Shown here: piece after piece, positions 39,601-46,391 of the stretch
Position numbering within the stretch: position 1 is the first letter of the stretch
Layout of the letters: each line of letters starts with the position of its first letter
Virus record (IMG/VR): IMGVR_UViG_3300046820_002137
Location: 56,574-120,573 of that record
Direction: 5' to 3' (one strand)
DNA from: a virus
DNA: 64,000 bases
Made by a program: the position numbers and the translations under genes
Notes under the pieces: model-generated
Seen by the model: the letters and a program-made list of their open reading frames with translations, nothing else
Told to the model about the DNA's origin: nothing
Databases searched by the model: none

Positions 39601-40297
39601 TTAATGACTGATATATATCGGATTGTATTGCCCCGTAATAATAAATTGAGTTTGTTATTTGTTCATTACCTAATATAATGTCATAAATTTGTTGTCTAAA
39701 ATCCGCTCCAATACTTGAAACACTACCGTCAAACTTTTCATACGGAATGTTTAATTTTTGAGAAATTAAATCCCATCTATTACCTGGAGGTGGTGAAGCT
39801 GACTCAACAAATGTGATTGAATTAATACTAGAATTACATCCAGTAAAATCTATTGCAAATGGGAACGCCTCAAACTCAATACAAACTTGACTACATCCTG
39901 ATGGGTCCGCTGAAAAAGTTATACAGTTTTGACCAACCGTTGAAGGATTAACATTAGCAACCGTTGATAAAGACCAAGAAGGTCCTGCGTCGTATCCTGA
40001 TAAACCTAAGATTCTTGTTACAAACAATTGATTAGACTGTTGTAAGTAAGATTTAGCAATATAAGCCGCTTCATACTTTGGGATTTGTGTGTTTATAAAT
40101 TTTTCAGGAGATGTGTCCCCGAAATAAGATGAAAATTCATCAAAGTTGGTAATAAAGATTGGCTCAAAAGCCGGACCCTTTAAAGTTTCACCAACAATAC
40201 CTAGAGTTGTAACACCAACACTTTGTGATACAAAACTCAAGTCGACCTCAGAGGTGTAAACCCCAGGAGATACAAATACTTTACTGTTAGAAGCCAT
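36689..40297 (-). CDS. tail sheath protein (1202 aa) with large insertions
   Basis: VSPGVYTSEVDLS, PWFAAAGYTRG, LYQGRINPI, WGNKTLQ, RINVRRLL, PTKALEFI. Confidence 0.95.
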   Translation of the reverse strand: MASNSKVFVSPGVYTSEVDLSFVSQSVGVTTLGIVGETLKGPAFEPIFITNFDEFSSYFGDTSPEKFINTQIPKYEAAYIAKSYLQQSNQLFVTRILGLSGYDAGPSWSLSTVANVNPSTVGQNCITFSADPSGCSQVCIEFEAFPFAIDFTGCNSSINSITFVESASPPPGNRWDLISQKLNIPYEKFDGSVSSIGADFRQQIYDIILGNEQITNSIYYYGAIQSDIYQSLTASTLTASTNVFGLDYLSTSEINLSDSNNDPWYYALFDGIGNSGYTGTSFYSYMTQIEQTSTSNNCATFYNYSVSGISGSINYNTNTITVVLPYASFAGADLTQVTSIFSSCTTTITVDSNPQESNVTTNNFDAGSLTYVLVSNDSSVTTNWTVSVTIQDPCTPLSPTGTTGSGNVGSVLTCYSGSVGGAIFTWSGQSYVLYDNLVIATLRSRGLATYSSDDGPVYEVSGLTDVSMDCTGPYSGVSKNPYATFGLNVTNKDGENFFFETSLTNSDPKYISKVFGSSNFAKPRTLVPLFVEERYQSLLNYAYRKGYIRGLNCDLIALPNARQDSDPSSIAWYLDQYQSPASPWVVSELRGNKVYNLFKFTTISDGNAANTEVKISIVNISFNNGTFDVLVRDFFDSDANPVVLEKFTNCSMDPSDNSFIAKKIGTKDGEYALNSKYIMIEINEDAPIDSLPCGFVGYTMRSYGDSINPPFPVYKTKYDYPGEIIYDPPFGLATGGNDSVASPGDNVRRTYLGISDTIGIDLDFYQYKGKQLPVFSVCNSTTASDWDYQTKGFHMDINASGITIPNSYTTSGSAAFDVGAAPFTSDPDEETNPYYRIYARKFTFLCQGGFDGWDIYREYRTNSDRFILGRSGYLKGACADIRYPNATGWGAFKQITVGDNSVDWANTDYYAYLLGQKTFSNPESVNINVFVTPGIDYVNHSNLVESAIEMVEYDRADSLYITTTPDYNMFVPQLGDSQDLIYPQEAVDNLDTTGIDSNYTCTYYPWVLTRDSVNNTQIYIPPTAEVTRNLALTDNIAFPWFAAAGYTRGIVNAIKARKKLTQEDRDTLYQGRINPIATFSDVGTVIWGNKTLQIRQSALDRINVRRLLLQARKLISAVSVRLLFEQNDQKVRQDFLDAVNPILDAIRRDRGLYDFRVTVSSDVADLDRNQMTGKIYIKPTKALEFIDITFYITPTGASFENI

Positions 40298-40332
40298 TAT
40301 TAATTTTTTTGTTAGTTAATTTATTTTTATAG

Positions 40333-40383
40333 ATAAATATTTGAGAAAAAACCAAAATTCTTGACTTTGTATCAAGTATTTAT
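40333..40383. promoter_or_regulatory. divergent pair of TATTTAT elements (sheath on minus, RHH gene on plus)
   Basis: ataaata at 40333-40339 and tatttat at 40377-40383. Confidence 0.6.
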
Positions 40384-40389
40384 AAATTG

Positions 40390-40413
40390 GGCAGACTATT
40401 TTCTGCCTTTTTT
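40390..40413 (+). terminator. terminator-like hairpin in the leader of a small DNA-binding gene
   Basis: ggcaga-ctattt-tctgcc followed by tttttt. Confidence 0.55.
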
Positions 40414-40418
40414 ATCTT

Positions 40419-40583
40419 ATGTTGCAGAATGGTCGAGAAATAAAGAATTTAAAGATATCAAAAGATGTTCACAAACTATTAAAAGATTATTGTGACAAGA
40501 AAGGAGTAAAAATTTATAGGTTTTTAGAAAAACTTATAACTGAAACCTGTAAAGAAAAAAAGGATATCTACGGTGAGGATTAA
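40419..40583 (+). CDS. ribbon-helix-helix-like DNA-binding protein (54 aa)
   Basis: Own translation MLQNGREIKNLKISKDVHKLLKDYCDKKGVKIYRFLEKLITETCKEKKDIYGED: alternating beta strand, helix, G turn, helix. Confidence 0.65.
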   Translation: MLQNGREIKNLKISKDVHKLLKDYCDKKGVKIYRFLEKLITETCKEKKDIYGED

Positions 40584-41617
40584 ACTAATGTATTGTTAAA
40601 ATTCATAGTTGTTTCAGAATAGTAATCATTTTTTACAACTACAATTTTTAACTCATCATTTGTGTTAAGTTGTATTAGATTAACATCATCACCAAAATAA
40701 TTACCGTTAACAAACACTGAAAAAGATGATATATTTACAGTTTCTCCTAAAGACATGTTTATTGAGTAATCAAATTTTTTAATAAACTCATCAACTCCCT
40801 CGTCAAATGTTATGTTCAATTCTGTACTAGCAGGATTTGAATTTTTTTTACGACCTCTCTTAATTTTTTTATCATCCGATTCCTGTAACTGTAATAATCT
40901 ATTGATGGCCGGTGACACCTCAAATTCATTTTCATCAATTAAAAAACCTAACATTGTAAAAGAATAACTTTGTATGTAGAATTTTCTTTTTTCTAAATCC
41001 ATAACTGATTCGTCACTTATTTCTCCCATTACTATTGGAATATAATGACCTTTGATAACTTGGTATGCTTGTTTTGATGCAAATTTTTCTATTACGTTTT
41101 TATTGAATGAATTTAATTCTCTCATTCTATTACAGATTATTTTTACCGAATATGTAATATCGACAGGAACTGGTTGCGGTATTTTATAAACGTCATATCC
41201 GTTCCTATTACCATCCCATGTCGGTACCTGAGCATAAAAATAAAGTCGTCTATTCGGTATGTTATACATTAAAGACGGATTTGAGCCGAATTTAACCTCA
41301 GGAGTTCTAATAACCGTGATGAATGGAGGTTCAACATTTTTATCTAGATTTTGAAAATTCCATGTCTCTGTAAACTGAGACCAATTTTGTGTAGTAATAA
41401 GTATGTCAACCATTGGAACTACCTTACCATCAACAACAGTTTTTAACTCATCTTTTACAAAATCTAAAAACCCCTTATCCAAATCGGCATGTAATAATGA
41501 TTTAGGTAAAAAAGTGCCGTCTTTAGATATCTTTTCAGCAAGTTCGTACCTTCTAGCCAATAAAGTTTTAGACTCGGTTAAAGGGATATGTTTTTTTATT
41601 TTTTTAGGTAAAGCCAT
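40580..41617 (-). CDS. tail terminator / sheath stabiliser-like protein (gp15-like)
   Basis: Position between neck and sheath genes; PFITVIR and PVPVDITYSVKI patterns. Confidence 0.6.
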   Translation of the reverse strand: MALPKKIKKHIPLTESKTLLARRYELAEKISKDGTFLPKSLLHADLDKGFLDFVKDELKTVVDGKVVPMVDILITTQNWSQFTETWNFQNLDKNVEPPFITVIRTPEVKFGSNPSLMYNIPNRRLYFYAQVPTWDGNRNGYDVYKIPQPVPVDITYSVKIICNRMRELNSFNKNVIEKFASKQAYQVIKGHYIPIVMGEISDESVMDLEKRKFYIQSYSFTMLGFLIDENEFEVSPAINRLLQLQESDDKKIKRGRKKNSNPASTELNITFDEGVDEFIKKFDYSINMSLGETVNISSFSVFVNGNYFGDDVNLIQLNTNDELKIVVVKNDYYSETTMNFNNTLV

Positions 41618-41772
41618 TACTCTTCATTATTTTTACCACAATTATGACAAATAAATGGGTCGTCACCACCCTCAGATAATTTCCAAGACCATCCACATTC
41701 GCAAACCACTTTTTTAGTATCAACCATTTCAGTCAATCTTTGTAATTGTTCGTCAGTTATTTTAATTTTCAT
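41617..41772 (-). CDS. small zinc-ribbon protein (51 aa)
   Basis: Own translation MKIKITDEQLQRLTEMVDTKKVVCECGWSWKLSEGGDDPFICHNCGKNNEE; ATGA and TAATG overlaps with both neighbours. Confidence 0.75.
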   Translation of the reverse strand: MKIKITDEQLQRLTEMVDTKKVVCECGWSWKLSEGGDDPFICHNCGKNNEE

Positions 41773-42284
41773 AGACCTCTAAATTCGTTATTTGTTACAG
41801 GTGAAGCCGTTATTGTTCTGTAAAACGGTAAATAACCTGCATAGGTATGTTTATTATCGGAAGTTACACGACCGTCATTATTTACTGTATAATATCTAAC
41901 TCTTGTTTCAGTTTCATAATATCCAATATAATCACCAAAGTTAATTTCAATATCTAATTCTTCTAAATGTTTTTGATATACAGATACTCTAATGTTACCT
42001 GGCTCAAGATTTTCTATTTTAGAATTACCAAGATTTTTGTTTTCAGGTGCCATAACTTGTACAAAAGCTTTAAATTCTACAGGAGGTAAAAACTTTATAC
42101 CGTCAGTTAGAGTCTCTCCATAAACATCATCGGTCTTAGTCTTATATCTATCCACTCTATATAAAACCAATGTGAAATTCATGTCACCATGTAACCATTC
42201 CTCCCCCATTGATATATCAAGGTTATAATCCTCCGCTCCGAAAAATTTACCTATTCTTGAAATCGGTACTCTTGGTTGTCCCAT
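41769..42284 (-). CDS. neck / head-closure protein (gp14-like)
   Basis: TDDVYGE and INFGDYI...YYTV patterns; position. Confidence 0.65.
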   Translation of the reverse strand: MGQPRVPISRIGKFFGAEDYNLDISMGEEWLHGDMNFTLVLYRVDRYKTKTDDVYGETLTDGIKFLPPVEFKAFVQVMAPENKNLGNSKIENLEPGNIRVSVYQKHLEELDIEINFGDYIGYYETETRVRYYTVNNDGRVTSDNKHTYAGYLPFYRTITASPVTNNEFRGL

Positions 42285-42356
42285 ATTGATAAATATCTAA
42301 TTTTTACTATTTTTATAATATCAAACGTTGTTTTGGAAACAGGACAGGTAGAAAAT

Positions 42357-44096
42357 ATGATTGAAAGTAAAGCTCTTAATATTTTAGAGTCGTATTCGGG
42401 TGCAAACAATTATATTTTGAGATTAAAAACTCAAAAAGAATCAAATAAAAAGTTTTACCCTACAAGGTCACAGTCGGAATATATTACAACTTATCATGAA
42501 GTGACTCCGAAAGTTGCTAAAAAGTGGGTTGATTTGGACCCGTATTTTGCTAAGAAAATTGCCGACGAAAAACTTTATTCTGAAATACCTACTGAATTGT
42601 GGATTGAGAAGTTATTGGTGGAAAAAGAAAAATCGTATCATGTTTGGGGTAAAGTTTTTTCAGGGGAGACTCTTCATGATTTTTGGTTACCTAAAGGCGC
42701 CATAATTAAAACACATGTCATTAAAGATGTTAAGGTAGACTATGAAAAATACAGACATAGGCCCCCACTTGAACATCAAAAAATTGCAATAGAAAAATTA
42801 GTTGGTAGTACAAGATTTATACTGGCTGATGATATGGGTTTAGGAAAAACAACCTCAACAATTATCGCCGCTTTAGAGACAGGAATTCAAAAAGTTTTAA
42901 TAATATGTCCGGCGTCTCTCAAAATAAATTGGATGAGAGAGATTCAAAACTATACGGACAGGAGCGTGTTTATTGCCGAGGGTAAAAACTTTTCTCTCGA
43001 ACATGATTTTGTGATTGTAAACTATGATATCATAAAAAATTTCTACGATTTAAAAGACAAAAAAAATTCACTAATTTCACAAGGTAATTTTGATTTAATT
43101 ATTATTGACGAAGCTCACTATGTTCAAAATGTTCAAGCTCAGCGTACCAAATTAATAAATAGTTTTGCAAAAAACACAAAAAGATTGTGGTTGTTAACGG
43201 GAACTCCTATGACATCACGACCAATGAATTATTTTAATTTGTTGAGTTTAATTGATAGTCCTGTTGCTCAAAATTGGATGGCCTACGCCATAAGATATTG
43301 TCAAGGATACCAATTTAAGGCAGGAAATAGAAAAGTTTGGAACGTAACAGGGGCCTCAAATTTAGAAGAATTGAGAGATAGGACTTCTCGTCAGGTTCTC
43401 AGGAGATTAAAGACAGAAGTTTTAGATTTACCTGATAAAATTATCTCACCTGTATATCTTAGATTAAAGTCAAAAGTTTATGAGGAACTGATGGGGGATT
43501 ATTACAATTGGTATGAGAATAGAAAGGACGAATCATCATCATTAACTGTCCAATTTAACAAGTTAATGAAGGTGAGACAAACAATTGCGGATGAAAAAGT
43601 ATCGGATACCATAGAACTAATTCAAAATATTATCGACCAAGATAAAAAAGTTATCGTGTTCACTAATTTTACTGACACCTTAAATAAAATTGCGGACCAT
43701 TTTGGTAAACAGGCGGTTCGTTTAGATGGGTCAACAAGTAAACCAATGAGACAACATGCGGTTGATGAGTTTCAAGAAAACGATAAAATTAAAGTGTTTG
43801 TTGGTAATCTGTTGGCGGCTGGTGTTGGGTTAACATTAACAGCAGGAGAAGCGGTTATATTCAATGACCTATCTTTTGTACCGGCCCACCACCAACAAGC
43901 GGAGGATAGAGCATATAGGTATGGTCAAAAGAATTCTGTGTCGGTTTATTATCCAATATTTGACAATACAATCGAGGGTATTATCTATGATATGTTATCA
44001 AAAAAGAAAAATATAATCGACACTGTAATGGGTGATAATTTGGATAAGGCAGATTTCATAGAAGAATTGATGAATAGAATAAACTCTCGTTTATAA
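42357..44096 (+). CDS. SNF2-family helicase (HARP/SMARCAL1-like)
   Basis: ILADDMGLGKT, ICPASLKINW, DEAH, LTGTP, GVGLTLT, QAEDRAYRYGQ; ATG at 42357 chosen to avoid overlap (start uncertain). Confidence 0.93.
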   Translation: MIESKALNILESYSGANNYILRLKTQKESNKKFYPTRSQSEYITTYHEVTPKVAKKWVDLDPYFAKKIADEKLYSEIPTELWIEKLLVEKEKSYHVWGKVFSGETLHDFWLPKGAIIKTHVIKDVKVDYEKYRHRPPLEHQKIAIEKLVGSTRFILADDMGLGKTTSTIIAALETGIQKVLIICPASLKINWMREIQNYTDRSVFIAEGKNFSLEHDFVIVNYDIIKNFYDLKDKKNSLISQGNFDLIIIDEAHYVQNVQAQRTKLINSFAKNTKRLWLLTGTPMTSRPMNYFNLLSLIDSPVAQNWMAYAIRYCQGYQFKAGNRKVWNVTGASNLEELRDRTSRQVLRRLKTEVLDLPDKIISPVYLRLKSKVYEELMGDYYNWYENRKDESSSLTVQFNKLMKVRQTIADEKVSDTIELIQNIIDQDKKVIVFTNFTDTLNKIADHFGKQAVRLDGSTSKPMRQHAVDEFQENDKIKVFVGNLLAAGVGLTLTAGEAVIFNDLSFVPAHHQQAEDRAYRYGQKNSVSVYYPIFDNTIEGIIYDMLSKKKNIIDTVMGDNLDKADFIEELMNRINSRL

Positions 44097-44133
44097 GTCT
44101 AAAATGAGATATTTATATCTATAAAATATCTTG

Positions 44134-44907
44134 ATGAAAAACTTAGAGTCTAAAGCCGAATTACTTAAAGAAGAAATTATTTTACAAGAAAAGAAAGATA
44201 ACCAAAACTTTCTTATAACTGAAATGAAACGAATTGGTATCGATAAACTACCATATTCATATTCTTCTTTAAAAAATTTCATTGATTCTAAAACAATGGA
44301 TGTACATTATAACAATCACTACAAAACATATGTCAAAAAATTAAATGACGCATTATCAAAAAAAGATTATGGTGATATTGAACTCGAGGAAATTGTTAAA
44401 TCTATAAGTAAATATAATACCAAAATTAGAAACAATGCTGGCGGGGCCTTTAATCATGCAATGTTTTGGAAAATGTTATCACCAAAAAAACAAAAAATTC
44501 AGGGTGAAATTGTAGAAAAAATTAAAAAACATTTTGGTAGTGTTAATGAGTTCAAACAAGAATTTGAGGAAACTGCTAAAGATAGATTTGGTTCGGGATG
44601 GGTTTGGTTAGTTTTAACCAAAAATAATAAATTAAAGATTATGTCAACCGCTAATCAAGATAATCCACTTATGAATGTTATTGATGGAGGCTATCCTCTA
44701 TTAGGATTAGACTTATGGGAACATGCTTACTATTTAAAATACCAAAGTAAAAGAGACGAGTACATTAAAAATTTTTGGGATGTGGTTAATTGGGAATTTG
44801 TTAATGAACTTTATAATTTAAAAATAAAAAAAGAAACTAACGAATCTGTTAGAACTACAAAAAACCAAATTTTAGAGAGTATTAAGGGTCCGATAAAACA
44901 CGGTTAA
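44134..44907 (+). CDS. sod: Fe/Mn superoxide dismutase with N- and C-terminal extensions
   Basis: LPYSY..L, HYNNH, GG.FNH..FW, FGSGWVWL, NQDNP, DLWEHAYY; GG and NQD pattern suggests Mn-type. Confidence 0.95.
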   Translation: MKNLESKAELLKEEIILQEKKDNQNFLITEMKRIGIDKLPYSYSSLKNFIDSKTMDVHYNNHYKTYVKKLNDALSKKDYGDIELEEIVKSISKYNTKIRNNAGGAFNHAMFWKMLSPKKQKIQGEIVEKIKKHFGSVNEFKQEFEETAKDRFGSGWVWLVLTKNNKLKIMSTANQDNPLMNVIDGGYPLLGLDLWEHAYYLKYQSKRDEYIKNFWDVVNWEFVNELYNLKIKKETNESVRTTKNQILESIKGPIKHG

Positions 44908-44949
44908 AATAATTCTATTTAGGGAAATATTTATATAATAAACAAATCA

Positions 44950-46071
44950 ATGGCAATAATTGAAGAACCATATAGAAGTAGTTTATACACTAAGCTTCGT
45001 CACTTATTAGGGGCGCCACTTAGAAGCGTTGAGTTAGAGGACGAACAATTGGATTCATTATTGGAGTTATCGATAGATGATTATTCTCAATACATTCAAG
45101 ATTGGTTAATCGAATCTCAATGGTCTTCATTATATGGACTTAATTTAGACACCGAATCATTATCTAAAGCCTTTATTACTAAGAGTTTAGATTTTGAAGA
45201 AAGGTACACATATGCATATTCTAAAATAGTTGGTTTACAGGCCGGAGGAGACTCTGTTTTAAAGAAAGATTACATTCAGTTACAACCTGGTCAACAAATA
45301 TATGAAATTCCGGCAAATAGAGAACTTAATGAACTATTATGGTTTACTCCCGCAGAGTTAAATAATTTATTGTTTGACCCATGGTCATTTGGAGCATTAG
45401 GTGGTGTTGGATTAGGTGGACCCGCCGGATACTCTCAGATGGGTTATTCAGGTTCATATTTTATGATGCCAGCATTTGATATGTTGTTGAGGATGCAAGA
45501 AATTAATATTCAGAGAAGAATTATTGCCGGAGATTTAACTTACAGAGTAACAGCGTTACCTGATGGTAAAAAGGCAGTTCACCTTATGAATACTCCAGGA
45601 GGTAAGTTTGATTTTGGTAACGCTACTTTGATGAGAGGTAAAGTATGGTATTGGTATTATGATGTTGAGGGTAAAGATAGAGATGATTGTTTGAGAAATA
45701 ATCCAGATATAATTAAACTACCTTCAGATGTTCCTTTTAATAAAATTAATTGGACTGATTTAAACAACCCATCTCAAATATGGGTTCGTCGTTGGTTTTT
45801 TGCGTATGCAAAAGAAACTCTATCTAGAGTTAGAGGTAAGTTTAGTGGTAATATTAAAACACCTGATTCTGAATTGACTATGGATTACCAATCATTGGCC
45901 ACTGAGGCTAAAGATGAAAAATCAAAATTAATTGAAGAATTAATTGGAGCTGAAGGTCGTTTAACCAGATTAAAACCTGAGAAGGTAATGGAACGAGAAT
46001 CATTAATTGCGGAAAATTTAAATAAACAAAAGAAGTTTACCGCGATGCCTCGTCAGATATATGTTATTTAA
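44950..46071 (+). CDS. neck / head-tail adaptor protein (gp13-like)
   Basis: LGAPLRSVELEDEQLD and WVRRW..A.AKETL.RVRGKF patterns. Confidence 0.8.
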   Translation: MAIIEEPYRSSLYTKLRHLLGAPLRSVELEDEQLDSLLELSIDDYSQYIQDWLIESQWSSLYGLNLDTESLSKAFITKSLDFEERYTYAYSKIVGLQAGGDSVLKKDYIQLQPGQQIYEIPANRELNELLWFTPAELNNLLFDPWSFGALGGVGLGGPAGYSQMGYSGSYFMMPAFDMLLRMQEINIQRRIIAGDLTYRVTALPDGKKAVHLMNTPGGKFDFGNATLMRGKVWYWYYDVEGKDRDDCLRNNPDIIKLPSDVPFNKINWTDLNNPSQIWVRRWFFAYAKETLSRVRGKFSGNIKTPDSELTMDYQSLATEAKDEKSKLIEELIGAEGRLTRLKPEKVMERESLIAENLNKQKKFTAMPRQIYVI

Positions 46072-46073
46072 TT

Positions 46074-46391
46074 ATGGAAACAAAACTTATAAAAAAACAA
46101 ATAGGTCAGAAAAATTATAATATAAAGAAAATAATAACTGACCCTGAGTATATCACATCTGATGAAGAATTTTTATTAGTTCAAAACACCGTTAAAAAAG
46201 TTATATTAAATAACTCATTAACTAATCATATAACCATTAAATCTTTATCTAAAATAACAGTTACTTGTACTGAAAATAAAATAGATGAAGAATATGATGA
46301 GGTTGTACTTTATAAAGGTTCATGTATACAGTTAATAAAGGTCAATAATATTTGGTATATTATTGGCTCAGACGGACTCAAATTGAATTAA
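46074..46391 (+). CDS. hypothetical protein (105 aa), fibre-domain-like
   Basis: EKID.Y..V.L..GSCIQL....WYI-type C-terminal pattern recalled from fibre modules. Confidence 0.5.
   Translation: METKLIKKQIGQKNYNIKKIITDPEYITSDEEFLLVQNTVKKVILNNSLTNHITIKSLSKITVTCTENKIDEEYDEVVLYKGSCIQLIKVNNIWYIIGSDGLKLN

Noticed and set aside
7712-42284. Bacterial contractile injection system (eCIS/T6SS/tailocin)
   Set aside because: Interleaved with phage replication genes and neck proteins; no bacterial housekeeping context
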